DNA of 62,698 nt, counting the filler, from Gonapodya sp. JEL0774 (taxonomy: Eukaryota), in NCBI GenBank assembly GCA_027604505.1. It is 12 parts of 12 records of this genome, joined end to end, with 100 filler letters (N's around TTAATTAATTAA, not from the genome) between each part and the next. Parts side by side here need not be neighbours in the genome. Positions count along the whole stretch, not along the records: positions 41,953 to 47,068 come from JADIIX010000783.1; positions 47,169 to 52,282 come from JADIIX010000784.1; positions 52,383 to 57,490 come from JADIIX010000785.1; positions 57,591 to 62,698 come from JADIIX010000786.1; 8 more parts are not named here. One strand, written 5' to 3'. Shown piece by piece: positions 44,300 through 57,632 of this stretch; position 1 is the stretch's first letter, and every line of letters starts with the position of its first letter. The notes below the pieces were generated by a model. The model had not been told where the DNA came from. It was given only the letters and a program-made list of their open reading frames with translations, and made no database searches. The translations under genes were made by a program, and so were the position numbers.

Positions 44300-46900
44300 C
44301 AAGGGCCAGGCAACTATGGTGCACATATATATTCACTGCGTCTGGATGTCTGAGGGAGGTGAGATGGGAAGGCTGGCTGAAACTGGAGGCAATTACACAC
44401 ATAATACATTATTGATGTGTTCACTGTCAGTGAGTGAGATCGCAACTATTTACTGACCGTTTGCTGTTGGACATTACTATGACGATTTTGGTACCGTATA
44501 ATGTTCGCAGAGATGGACTCAGCATCAACCACTGCACTCAAACAGCATCTCAAGCATTTTACCAAAACCTTCTGTTAGTTTGTCAGCTTTTAGGAATCAC
44601 CACAGTTGAAGGGCAGCAACAGCTGTCTTCATTTATGTCAAGTGGAACACAGTCAGCCTCAGCATGGAAAGACTCTGTGTCAGTGATCAGTGTCGGTTAT
44701 GTCTTGCTAAGGTGCAAAACTGTACATGTCTAATTATAACCTTGTGCTGCTTGCACTTTGCAGGAATGCAGTGCGGAGGCATTCTATGAGGAACTGACAA
44801 AGCTTATAGCAGTAAATTGCCTTCCGTACTCAATCACACATTCCCCTCAGTTTTGGCGGTTCGTTAGGATGTTACAAGTTACGACCATCTGACCTTCCTT
44901 TTAGTTCAAACGGTGTGACGTTGTCAATTGACAGGGAGTTTTTGCTTGAGCAGAAGAAAATTGTCAGCGAGCTTTGTGTGAGTTGGTCTATGTTGACAGT
45001 TTGGAGAAGTGTGGCGGGCAGTACTGGCTGATCCATTGTTACAGAGTCTGCCATCTAAAGTTGCAGTAACTACTGATACACTAGGGACCTCACTTGGAAT
45101 GAAACACACCTTTAATTATTGGTGTCACTCTTCATTATATTGAGGATAATGGTAACACATGGACTCCTGTCGCAAAAGCTCTGGACCTCCTGAAGCTTTC
45201 AGGTTTGCACTCTGTAGAGAACCTTGGACCAGCACTTGGTAACATTCTGAACTTGTACAGAGTAACTCTGAAGGTATGGCAGAAGTCCTTTTGCAATTCT
45301 TGTTCTTACTTCCCTTCTTTAATCTTTTCAGCAATGTTATGACTTATGAGTGAGTGAGTTACTGGCTCATTTTGTTCAACTCGCTACTCAGTCACTGGGA
45401 CAGGCACCCAATTCGCAACTCGGCTTGCTCATCAACAGAGGCAACTCTATCAGGGTTGCTGACGTTGATTTGAAGGACTTTGGCTGAATTACATTTATGT
45501 AACAAACTCTCTGTACTCTTGGTGAATATGTCCTTAGTTATTTGTAAAAAAGTGAAGTTGAAATGCAAAGATTCCACAGTGTTCCACTGTCTTCCTGCAC
45601 CAATTGGAACATGAAGGAACTTGGCTCACTTGCACTTGTGAGTGAGTAAGCAAGCAAATTTTGACTCACTCACTCATAAATAACACTGCTTTTCAGCTTG
45701 TTGCTGGTGTAAATGACAACACTGCAAACAATGACACAATGATGAAAAGTTTGCACAGTGATCCAAGCACTTACAGGCTTTTTGGTAGGCCATTCAAAAT
45801 GTGAACCCAATATACACAGCAGGGGATTTTATGTGCATTCTGAACAGAGAAGTTCTGATTGCTCAGAATTGGAGCAGAATATGACAAGAATCTTATACCA
45901 GCAGGATATGAACAGTATTATTCAGATTTTCTTATCAGAATTTGATCAGAGTACTCTTAACAGAATTCAGATTCTGACCAGATTGTCATGGTCAGGTTTT
46001 AGGGACCACAAGAATCTGAAGTTCTCTGCTCTGAAAGGGTGGTACAGTTTCCTCCAAAGACGGATCATGATTTCATGAACCCACGTTGAAGAAGTGGAAC
46101 AACACAGCATGCTATCTCAATGGACTCTCCTGTTGTACTCAAAAGACAGTGGAACTGTGTACACTGTGTGTGACTCCCCACTGCTGTACCTTGTGCCGTT
46201 GGACTGCTGAAAGCATCAGCAATTCCTCCAGAACGGTGAGCTGGACAGTGCCAATGCTGTGCTCGGTGAGGGAAAAGTGGGTGGAGAGACGCTGCTGGAC
46301 TCGCAATCAGAATATGACTCAGTGGTGCAGGCAGGAGCACACGTGTTGCTTGACAATCTCTCCAAATTTTCCATGGGAACTGGATTGTTTCTGGATGACA
46401 CTGCAAGTCATCACCAAGAAATTAATCTGCATAAACTTTTTGGCTGGGATTTCCAGCAAGATGGCTTCAAATTGGGGGACGATGTTGAACTGGCTCTGTC
46501 TGCACCAGCAGGGCATGAACAATTCCCAATTGGACTCTGCTGAAAGTGATCAAGCAATCCAGAAGTGCAGAAAGCACCAGGCTGGAACCAGGCTAGGGAT
46601 CGATCCCAGGAAGCCATATCTCGCAGGCTGCTCACCCTCTTTCAAGCATCTGCCACCATCCTCCCTCTTGCAAAGTATTGTCAAGAACATTGTCGTGGCA
46701 CTATGCCTTCCACAGACAATTTTTGGAGTCGTGTCAACTTGTGAATCCCTCCAGATATTATGCCTGGCCTCTTACAGGCAGATGTCCAAACAAAGTGAGG
46801 ATGTAAAACCATCCATTCCTCTCCCTTGTTTCAATGGCCAAGCTGGTTGTTGGTGATCAGAGCCTTGCTCCGGCACTTGGCTTTCTCCCTGAAATCAACA
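44300..46900 (+). pseudogene. Heavily decayed hAT-family transposase (boundaries approximate)
   Basis: SASTTALKQHLKH (BED finger end, ~44520); FYEELTKLIAVNCLPYSITHSPQFWRFVRML (~44780); KVAVTTD and GVTLHYIED (~45060-45150); GVNDNTANNDTM (~45710). Many stops and frameshifts. Confidence 0.75.
45332..45688. mobile_element. hAT-type MITE (357 bp) with 8-bp target-site duplication
   Basis: TIRs CA(a/g)TGTTAT(gac)TTATGAGTGAGTGAGT at both ends. TSD CTTTTCAG at 45324-45331 and 45689-45696. Confidence 0.9.
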
Positions 46901-47168
46901 CCTCGATCTGCAGGCATCATTAAGTACATCCAACAAGCAGTGGCTTGGCACACAGATCCCTTGTGTCAAGTTATGAATGTTCAGATCGGATGAACTGTAT
47001 GCAAAGAGACTTCTAATACAACTGAATTACAAGTGTAATATAATTGAGCAGAACACAATAATGGAATGNNNNNNNNNNNNNNNNNNNNNNNNNNNNNNNN
47101 NNNNNNNNNNNNTTAATTAATTAANNNNNNNNNNNNNNNNNNNNNNNNNNNNNNNNNNNNNNNNNNNN

Positions 47169-47492
47169 CATCTCAGAGGAGAAGCACAAGCTTGCCCTAG
47201 TGCGGTTCTTCATCCAAAATGAATTCGCCAAACCTGAAATCTTGAAAGAGCACCGTGAGAAAACCGAGGCGTGGATCCTGGGGGGAAACCTCAAGGTGAA
47301 AGATGATGTGCGTGAAGGTTTGGATAGCGCACCGGCATACTTTTGCGGTATGCTCAAGGGCGAGAACTTTGGAAAGGCGACGTGAGTTTTCCAAGATGCC
47401 CAATCGGCACGTCGTCATCTGTCGCCAATTTTGACCCACCGCACCGACACAAACCACCCTCCCCCTCCCAACCACATAGCATTAAAGTTTAA
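47169..47492 (+). CDS. NADP-dependent oxidoreductase (prostaglandin-reductase-like MDR), C-terminal fragment
   Basis: AWILGGNLKVKDDVREGLDSAPAYFCGMLKGENFGKA|IKV*. Confidence 0.8.
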
Positions 47493-47757
47493 CTTGTAGT
47501 ATGCCAGCTACACTAAGAGTGAAAAATGGATCGACTATTTCTGTTCCCAGATGCTCGCGGCACAACCTGCAGTCCAGTACGCGTCGCGGTGGATCCGCTG
47601 GTACAGCAGATCACAGTTCTGTACTGTAGCGCTAAGAATGTAAAGAGCCGTACAAATTGTGGGAGCAACCGCCGTTGCGCGACTCCATTATTTTCGTCTT
47701 CCGTACATGAATTTCATACATTGGCAGTGATCATCAGCTATATGGGCGGGGGCGCCT

Positions 47758-48353
47758 TCAATCAGAAACCTTGACACCCTTCCAAACCGCGACATGGTCT
47801 TTGATCTCTGCAGCTGCTGGATTTGGAGACTTGTAGTACCACGCCCTGGAATTTGGGAATTTGGATGAAGAACGAACAATATCAATACTGGCGACGAGGG
47901 GGGTCAACAATGACATTGGATCTGCATGGAACCTACGCGCCAGGGTTCTCTTTACCGCTCACCGCAATCTAGGAGGACAAAGAGTAGGTCTTGTTGTTCC
48001 TGTGAGGAACTAATATACGCAACAGATAATACTCACCGTGTAATAGCTCGCAGTGCCTTTCCACGGACAAGTGCTCGTCTGGCCTATGGGTTTCAGAAAC
48101 TCTGAGTGGACCGATGATGGAGGAAAGTCTGTTGATGGTGGTGGTTCAATGCAGACAATGTCATCAGTCCGCGGCGAAAATGATGTGTCATTCAAGCACC
48201 TAGCTTACGTACAGACATTGTTCTCGATTATTTTGACATCGCTTGCGGATGCCTGACGAATCGGCAGTGAGAAACCGTCGGTATTGTCGAGGGAGCTGTA
48301 CAATGAACCCTCACCTCCGCGATGACGGCGCCATTCCATTCCGCTTTTGGCAT
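47758..48353 (-). CDS. DUF427 family protein, copy 1 (5 exons)
   Basis: MPKAEWNGAVIAE|ASDVKIIENNVY|FPPSSV...TSTCPWKGTASYYT|IAVSGKENPGA|AWYYKSP...IKDHVAVWKGVKV. Confidence 0.9.
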
Positions 48354-48661
48354 TTCTATGTGATGCTGGAGAAGCTCATTTTGCTGCCTTTTATATCTCG
48401 AGCGATTCTGGGCATTGTCACCGCCTGCTCCGAGAACTTACAAAACAATTACGTGGTAGACACGTCATACAGAGATGCTCCAGTCACAATCTAATATCGC
48501 AGTAATTCGTCTCACATGAATGCTGTAACTAAAATTTCCGATCTGTACATGAGTTCTACATACTGTTCTAGAGAACGAAAAGGGTGTTGTCGCCATATTT
48601 TCGGCTTTTGCGTCTGCCGAGCTCAAGACACAAATATACCTCCATAAACCCATCCGCATCG

Positions 48662-51049
48662 ATGCTCCGGCGCACAGCAACAGCACTGCTGTTGCGGCAA
48701 GCATCGCCGAGTGTCGCGCTCGGTCACCCCCGAGTTTCCCCCCAGATCAGACGAGCATCCACCACCACACAAACCGATTCGACATCCCGGCCCTCGAGAA
48801 AACTTACATTCGCCGTCTCCGCACTCGGCCTCGCGATAGGTGCTGCAATCGCGCTACGCCCTACCGAGGTTTCAGCTGCAAAGGCTGCGTTGGCTCTCGG
48901 TGCTCCTGCAGAGCGGCTGGAAAAAGCTCTGGCGGAGATTTCTGGGGCGGTGAAGGGAGAGGGAGCTATTTCTCGGGACAAAGCAGACACGGAAGCCAGA
49001 GAGAAGGATCTTTCTTATCGTGAGTGGTGTCGCCGGTGATGCTGTACTTTATGGCGACATCGTGTCTACTCTGACCGGAACCAAATACTGCATCCATACA
49101 GACCTACCCGAAACGACAGTCAAAGTGGTCGTGTATCCAGAGTCGGAGGAAGAAGTTGCCGCCGTTCTCAAAATCTGCAATAAATGGTGAGACATCATCA
49201 TCCCTCCGCTCTCATACATATGGTGGTATCACGGCTACAACCTTCAAATCAAGGAGAGTTCCCGTTACCCCATATGGTTCCGGTACCTCGATCGAGGGCA
49301 ATACCGTCCCAACCAAAGCGGTCGCCCATGGTGTGGTCCTCGACATATCCCGCATGAACAAAATCCTAGCCGTTTATCCAGACGATATGCAGGCGACAGT
49401 TCAGGGGGGTGTGAGTTGGAATGATTTGAACGCGGAAGTTGAAGAGTATGGGCTGTTCTTTGCACCGGATCCCGGCACCGGTGAGTGACATGGCGACTTG
49501 AATTTGATTGGAGACACGGGGAACGCTTCTTTGGGCGACGCTAATTGTCGTTCGAATACCGGCGCTTTCGCTGGCATGATGTTGTCTTCGTCTTTCATCA
49601 GGCGCAAGTATTGGCGGTATGTGTGCCACAAGCTGTAGTGGGTAAGTTCGCCATCTTAACTTCTGTAGTAAGTTGTCCTCGCTAACTTGTGACTTGCCCA
49701 CACTCCAGGACCCGTGCCTATCGTTACGGCACCATGAAGGTGCATCTTAGTCTTATCTACGGTCTTCTGGCCACTCACTGTCCTCGCGTTCCCCAGGAAA
49801 ACGTCATCTCCCTCCGGATCGTCCTTCCGTCTGGCCGCATTGTTCGTACTCGAAGACGCCCCAACAAGTCGTCGGCTGGATATGACCTGACAAGATTATT
49901 TATCGGTACAGAAGGGACTATCGGCATTGTCACGGAGGTGACTGTGAAGTTAAAGGTGGGTAGTGTCGCGGCCAGTGATCTTGGGCATAACCTCTAACCC
50001 GCCACTGATCCGCTTCATACAAGAACATACCCGAAAACCTCAGTGTCGCCCTGGTCTCCTTTGACGATATCAGCAAAGCTGGCACGATGGTCCAAGACCT
50101 GTTTCGCTCCCCGCTTCCCCTCCACCGCCTCGAACTCATGGACTCCTCCGCCATGCGCGCCTCAAACCTCTACCACCGCACATCCCTCCCCGAATCACAC
50201 ACGCTCATGGTCGAGTTCAGTGGTACCAAGGCCGAAATCCAGGAACAAGCGAGCCGTGTTCGCGCCATGGCAGAGTCCCGTGGCGCTGTGCGATGGCAGC
50301 TCAGTAAGACGCAAGAAGAGTTCGACGAGATATGGAGTGTAAGAAGGAACGGATTGTTTTCGACGGCTATGTTGAGACCCGATGTCCCTGCGAGCGAGAT
50401 CACGACGTTGGTCACGGATACGGCGGTGCCGGTCGGGAGGTTGATGGAGGCGTTGGCTGAGACCGAGAAGATTAGTAAGGAGATGGGAATCGTTTCCTTG
50501 GTGAGTCTTAGTAAACTCCATCAAAAGCTCGTGGAACCACGGAACCCACTCTGTCACTATGAACTTCTCCCTAAGATCGTCGCCCACATCGGCGACGGCA
50601 ACTGGCACGTTCTCGTCCCTCTCCGCCGTGGCGACGCCGCAGAATACGCCCACGCGAAAAAGTTCGGCGACAGACTGGCGCACCTCGCCGTTTCCATGGA
50701 CGGAACGTGTACGGGCGAGCACGGAGTCGGGTTGGGAAAGCGACACCATTTGTGGGATGAGGTGGGGAAGGAAGGGGTCGAGGTTATGTGGGAGGTGGGT
50801 TATTGATCACCGTGCGAGCATTGGCCGGTTTCCCAAATTATGTTCTTTGACAACAAAATCGATAAATTCGTTCACAGCTCAAAAACCTCTTCGACCCAAA
50901 CAACATAAGTAAGTTGACCTACGGGCCTCAGTTGCTCCATTTGAGCTATGTAATGGCGGTACCTGACGCAGCTTCCATGTGCTTGTACAGTGAACCCCGA
51001 CCACGTCCTCCCACCACTCGATTCGTATGGGAAGGCGCACAAACATTAG
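48662..51049 (+). CDS. DLD1: Mitochondrial D-lactate dehydrogenase (FAD-linked oxidase), multi-exon
   Basis: Presequence; [86 protein letters not shown]. Confidence 0.9.
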
Positions 51050-51286
51050 TGCTATGTGGGAGCGTGTATGTATAGTGAAGTCACACTGGGCGCTTTTTGA
51101 TTGTGTGATGGGTCGATGTCCCAAGACCAACTTCAAGATCAAGGAGCTCAACACACATATTCATTGTTAGCATTTACATCGACGCCTTGCCGCTCTTATC
51201 ACTGTTTCGAGAAAATAGCACCATGCAATCAACCCTCTCTTCGCCTTCCAAAACCCGGCCTTCTCGCATGCCTGCACGCGAGACGC

Positions 51287-52138
51287 TCACTTGGTCACCT
51301 TCACCCCCTTCCAAAACGCCACATGGTCCTTGATCTGCGCGGCGGCGGGTTTAGGGTTCTTGTAGACCCAGGCGCTGAGAGAGTTCGCGGGTGAAGTGGA
51401 TGCGGAAGGGGGGGTATGTCACAGTCGGAGGGGCGGGGTTGATTGTTGAAATAGGGAAAGAGTAACAAGTTTGAGAAGCAGACTCACGCGTCGACATTCT
51501 TTTGGCCATTGACTTCAATCTGGAGACGGAAAATGGGTGAGTCGAGGCAAGATAATGACATGAGGTGGTAGGGCACAAAATAGGAATTCATTGACGCACG
51601 GTGTAGTAGTTACAGTCCCCTTTCCACCCACAAACGGTATGCGTTTCAGTGGGCTTAAAGTATTCGGATTTGATGGTGGAAGGGGGGAAGTCTTGAGGTC
51701 CGTGTGTGATATTTGATTGCGTGATAATGCGGGATTGTGAGCTCGATGAGCACGATTGAACGGGATGCGAAGGTGCTTCGAGGCACACTACTTACAGACG
51801 TTCCCTTCGACGCTTTGGACTTCGTTGGCGGCAGCCTGTGGTGAATTGGACCATCAGTAAATGAATGAACGAGGAGTGAGCGAGTTTCGAAACACATCAT
51901 GAACGTGATGATACACTGTCCGGCGAGGCCATCGATAGTAGCGGTCCTGCCACACGTTCCACCACAAAACGCAAAGCGCCTGCGCTGACTTGGTACCCGC
52001 GATTTGATTTCCAAGGGCTTGCCGAAACGTGCCGAAAGGTGATGATCACCAGCCCAAGTCCCAGCCGCAAGCCCCGCCGTCCCATGAGACCCAGCTTACC
52101 TCCGCAATAACGACTCCATTCCATTCGGCTCTGGGCAT
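51287..52138 (-). CDS. DUF427 family protein, copy 2 (5 exons)
   Basis: MPRAEWNGVVIAE|AAANEVQSVEGNVY|FPPSTIK...HTVCGWKGDCNYYT|IEVNGQKNVDA|AWVYKNPK...IKDHVAFWKGVKV. Confidence 0.9.
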
Positions 52139-52382
52139 TCTGAGATGTGAAGTGTGAAAGTGGCGGTGGAATATGCGAGCGTGGAGAATTTGTGACATGT
52201 GTGACCGAAGGAATCGCGCCGGGTGGAGGGTGTTTCAAATTATACGCATGTTCGTAGATGGAAATGGATGAATGAATTTGATNNNNNNNNNNNNNNNNNN
52301 NNNNNNNNNNNNNNNNNNNNNNNNNNTTAATTAATTAANNNNNNNNNNNNNNNNNNNNNNNNNNNNNNNNNNNNNNNNNNNN

Positions 52383-52810
52383 GTCAGGCCGGTGAGCGGT
52401 GGAATCGGACCAGTGAGCTTTCGATTCTCGTGAAAGTCCAAGATTTGAAGCTGAGTCATGCCCGAGAGATCTGGAAGTGGACCAGTGAGGCTGTTGAAGG
52501 ACATGTCGATGTTTTGAAGGTTTGTGAGCCCGGAAAATGATGGTGGGATAGGGCCTGAGAGCTTTTGCCCGCTGGCGAAGATTCGGGTGATCCTCCCACC
52601 CCCATCGCACTCGAAAAATGGTGCAGGAAGCACCCGAGGTAACCCGCTTCCTGTGGAATCTGTGTAGCAGCAGCTGCCTGTAGTCCAGTTACGTGAGATC
52701 CCGGATTGTGCGTAGATCTGTTCGAACACCGCGCACTCGGCTTCTTGATTCTGCGAGATCGCGGGCCGGATGAGTGCCCAGATAGCGAAGAGAACCAAGA
52801 GAGCGAGCAT
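52383..52810 (-). CDS. Secreted/surface protein with plant-type extracellular LRRs (3' truncated)
   Basis: Signal peptide MLALLVLFAIWALIRPAIS, Cys cap (W..GSCC...C), LSGPIPPSFSGLTNLQNIDMSFNSLTGPLP, LQILDFHENRKLTGPIP. Confidence 0.85.
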
Positions 52811-53659
52811 TTTGAAAGTTTTGGACGCGCGTTTCAAATCGTTGGAGAAGGTCGGCGAGCGGCACTCAACCGTTCTTCAGTCCCAAAGAAGGTATCATCG
52901 CCACGCCACCAGCCCGCAGAATTCATACATATACACATAACAAATTGGCCTCAGAAGGTTTATTACCGTCGAAATGAAATGGGATTTACAGACGCTCGGC
53001 TTTGCTTTACTCCTCGTAGATTTCATTGGCTTTCTGTAAAGTAGCTCCACAGTTGTATGAATGATTAGATCCCAGTTGTTGCTCCATACAGATAACAGCA
53101 AAATAACCTGTACATAAGTGGGCATTCAACCATTTGGACTCTCGTATAACTTCAAAGCTCTTTTGATATGAAACAAAGCTCTCACGAACTGAGGCTGGTC
53201 CCCACCTCCGCTGGATAAGCGCCGCCGCCACACGGGTATCCTGTGAGGTGTTCCGCGTTCCGATCACATGAATGACTGCAGTTACATGTAGCAAATCACC
53301 GTTCTCCGCGAAATCAATTTTGGAAATGAGGGTTAAAGGATTTATGGGAACGTTTTCCGTGATCAATTTTCCAGCATAATTTGATCTTGCCCGGGCACTA
53401 GTGGTACCACCACGAGACGCAAGGACAGCTGACAAAAGTTGAGAGTCGCAAAGCGAAGCGTCTGGTTTTGCATTTCTGGTTTGGCATATTATGGGCCTCT
53501 AGATTCAACCCTGCTCTCGGATATGCGGATCGTGCTCTTCTGCAGCAACTGACCCGACGTCATTGTCATAGAAACGCGAAACGATCCTTTATTGGGATTC
53601 CCAGTGAGCTGTGCAATTCACTGGAAGAGTGGGTCATGAACGTCACGGTATGATCCACG

Positions 53660-54749
53660 TTACACGCTTGACTCAACCGTCGCTGCCGCTGCTACCAGTT
53701 TTGAGTAAACGTTACTCGCTCCTATTCTAAATCTTCCCTTTATCCCGCCTTTCAATCCGATCGTGACCAAGTTCAAGTATTTGACTGCGTCGTCCACCGA
53801 TCGCACCCCACCTGACACTTTCACTCCCACCTCTTTGGCTCCAGTTTCGTTGATCGCATCAACAAAGTACCTGACCGCTTCTGGAGTGGCTCCAGTACTC
53901 GCGTTCTCGTATGACACTGGTGTCTTGTCGCTCGGCGACAATTTGAGTTGACCAGTGGAGGTCTTCAGAAAACGGATGTATTTACGTGCGGAGGGAGAAA
54001 AGGGAGAAACGTAGTCCGAGTCCTCTGCCATATCTGGCGTCGCGGGTAGAGCAGAGTCAGAGCCATATCCACAGAGCCGATGGAGAATAAGATGTGCCGC
54101 GTCCGAGACAGAGTCAGCTTCCAACGCAGCCGTCTCCACTGAATCAGACCGAAAAACAAACCAACGATTGACATAACCGATAGAGAATCCAAAGTCAATC
54201 AGACGCGACTGACCAATGACTTTCACAATGACGTCTGCCCGACCTGATTTCTCTATGGTGTCGCATACTGCTTGAACTGGAGCTAGGGCGCCATTCTCGT
54301 CCCCGTACGAGAACTTCCGCCAGTTCCAAACCACATCTTGGACATCAACAGATTTTCATGATCGAATTGCAGAGCGAAGCTTATTAGAAGTTTGTACACT
54401 TGGGCTTGGCCCTCAACAAGTTGATCGCGATCGTGGACGCACCGATTTCATCTACTCCATCCGCCAACGCCAGTTCACTCTGTTTGGAAACCTCACTATC
54501 TACCGCTATACCTTCAGGAAAGTTCACCACGGTTGCCACCTTCACCGGAGATCCCGCTAGCACTCTCTTGGCAACACTGACAAATTTTGGAAGGACACAA
54601 ACCGCCGCACAGGGCACAGGGCCGGAGCTGGCTTTCATGCATAGATCAGAAATGAATTCATCGGTGTCGGTTTCAGGGGACAGGGATGTGAGATCGAGAG
54701 AAGAGAGTGCGTCCAAGACTCTTTGACGAGAGGGTAAGCCCGCTGCCAT
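53660..54749 (-). CDS. deoC: Deoxyribose-phosphate aldolase (DERA)
   Basis: LDLTSL; AAVCV; VKVATVVNFP.G; DGVDEI|DVV; VKVI|VET; FLKTSTG; GVKVSGGVRS; FRIGAS. Confidence 0.93.
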
Positions 54750-55120
54750 TCTCAAAAGATTCTGAGTCGCAAATTCAGGAGCTTTCAAGCGATTCACAGT
54801 TTCGAGGATCTTCAGTTGCGATATTGGGTTTCTCGACCTTGTTCCCCGACTTGCCCGTGGTCATCGATTGGCACCATGCACCAAAAGATAGAATATTGTC
54901 TGCCTCACATTCAAGTTCTGGACTGCAAAGGATTCATAGACATACATTAGCATCAACTTAAACGGAGATAGGGTTACATTTATTCGCGATATGTTACGCG
55001 CTGCTGAATGTTGTTCCAAAGACCAGATTATCCAGTTGACACAATCAACCATCCGAATTCAAAGATTGTTCCATCGCCGACACGCCAGGAGGTACTGATT
55101 TGGAGCCTCTAGTGAATGGT

Positions 55121-57490
55121 TCAAGTCAACGTCTCCAAAACCTTCAGCACGTCCTCGGGGATAACCGGTACTTCCGATACCCCCTGATCTCCCGGTGGCA
55201 AACTAGCCCTCCACTCCTTGAAGCTCGGCACCTTGAGGGCGAATACAGCGTCCAAATCGTACACATCTCGAGCTGGGCTGAAGTAGGCCCGCTCATATGC
55301 AATCTCACCGGTGTCCACGTCGGTCTCGGACTTCACAGAGCCAGCTCCTGAAGCAGCGACATTTGCGATGACAGTTGGGCGGTACCGCAAAGACCGATAC
55401 TTATCAAGCGAAACGCGACGGTAGACTACCGCCTTCCCCTTACGCTCTGTGGAGGCAGGCGTTTCAACGAGACTAGCGCTACGCAGCAGTCGCGCTGCAG
55501 CATTCTGGGACACAGGCAATCCAGGAATGGAATCGGGGTCATCAAACAGATCAACTCCAGATCCTGGTGCGTCAGGTCGGGTAGGCGTGTACCGATCCTG
55601 CCTTGAACCAGCAGACCTCACTGGTTCTGGTGTCCTCCTCTCGCCTTGTTCCTCGCGCTGAGCCTCGGAAACCTCAAGCTCAGCAACATCTTTGGGCTCA
55701 TGGGCTGCTGCGCGCGTCGCCTCTTTCATCATTGGCCCAAGCGCCTCCAATCTCGCCGCCTCTTCGACTCTCCACGCGCACATGTCCACATATTCCTCGA
55801 CCTCAGCCCCCATCCTCGGCTCTCCGACCTCATAGGTGTAGTTTCTCACCGCTCGTCTCGCCTGCGCCCACGATATGCCCTCAGGGTGCGCTCCAATCAC
55901 TGCCCCTTGGAGGTCCAAGAAGCTTTCAAGTGAATCGCACGTGTGTATTAGTTGGAGGAATTGCAGTAACCGCACCGTGGGTGTTATAGAGTACACCACC
56001 CGCGGATCGCCTGCAGCGTCTGCGTTCGTGCGTATCCACTCCTCGACCTTCTGAATGTTGGTCTTGACTTGCATCGCCCTGACCCTCGTACACATATCCT
56101 TCCTCGTGATTACCGCTCGGAAGAGTTGAGCGTTCACGTTGTACAAGACCTGACGGATGAGTTGACGAGAAACGGGAGGCGGCACTCGGTAGTGCTCGAG
56201 CGCAGTTCGCAAGGCGGTCAGTAAGGAAGGGAGCTCCTTGTGGCGGCGGGCCGCGTCACGGCTAGCAGGACGGTAGACCGTGGTACTCGGAGTTCGACCG
56301 TGACCTAAGGTATTCGAATACGTGAGGGTATGTTTGAACATAATTTCGGTGTCAATAATAGAACGTTGACATGGTTTTCTCACCCTTTCTCTTATTGGCT
56401 TCCTCTCTCTGTGCCAACCAGCCGGGTCTCGCGTCATATTCTACCTCTCCAAACTCCACAGAGTCACATTCCACAACGCATTCTTCGACCAGTCGTGCGG
56501 ACCTATCCTTGATAAATCCGGACAAGGCATGGTACAAGTCTTCGGCCAAGACCCGGACGCGAGCGTTGTACTTGGGAATGGACTCGAGTGTGAAATCTCG
56601 GGCGATGTAATATGTCAATTGGTAGAGCTGGCCAAGCCAGTAACATGTACCAGAGATAACTTGGTGGTCGGACAGGCGTGGGGGATTGCTCTGCGGTCAC
56701 AGCAATTGTTCTGAAACTGAAAAGTATCACAGCGGATAGAACTGTACTCACCATGAACATACTCCTCAAATAAAACTCCACTCCCCTGAACAAGTTACCC
56801 ACTGCAGTGCCACTCCCATAGCTCACAGCCCATCTCGCCGCCAATATCAACGTATTTGCCGCGACGTTTCGTCTTGGGTCAGATACAATATGACTGATTT
56901 CTGAGTCAACAGGATTCCCGACCCACGGTTGACACAGGGTTGCGACAAATGGTGTGATGCGGGCCTCGTTGAAGGGAAGCATTTGGTCCGGCAGACATGT
57001 GGACCAGTCAAAGGCGGCAGAAGACGAGCCTGGGGAACGAAGAGATCTTAGGGACCTTGAGGATGGGAGGGCGTTGGGGGAGGTTGGGTATATGGGTGGG
57101 CGAGCGTTTGGAGACCGTGGGGATGTGGGAGTGTACCGGGATATGGGAGAAGCTGCACTAGATCTGGGACTGGGTGTGGAGCTCTCTCCTGCATTGTCAC
57201 GCCAGCTATGTGTGCTGCCGCCACGCCGGTGGCGTTGCTCGAAAGCGTTGGTGGGGGGTTCCGGGCTCGACACACTTTGGGAGGTGGGAGGACGCTCTTC
57301 GGGGGTTGGAACACGTGGCGCCGAGGCGATGGCGCCACGGGAAAGCAGGAGTGTGGCGATGGCTGGAAATGCATTGGCGGTGGCGTAAGCAAGGGCAGTG
57401 CTGCCGGCTGTGGTCAGGCAATAGAGTGTATCAATCGCAACAAGCTCCCGACTGCAAGGCAAAATTCTGTTACAAACATTTGTCTGTGGC
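55121..57490 (-). CDS. Ankyrin + DIL (dilute) domain protein, 5' truncated
   Basis: AGSTALAYA...LLSRGA (ankyrin); FDWSTCLPDQM; QVLYNVNAQLFRAVITRKDMCTRVRAMQVKTNIQKVEEW (DIL). Confidence 0.8.
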
Positions 57491-57632
57491 NNNNNNNNNN
57501 NNNNNNNNNNNNNNNNNNNNNNNNNNNNNNNNNNTTAATTAATTAANNNNNNNNNNNNNNNNNNNNNNNNNNNNNNNNNNNNNNNNNNNNCCCCCCCCCC
57601 CCCCCCTCCCACAAACCGCCTCCAAGTGCCCT

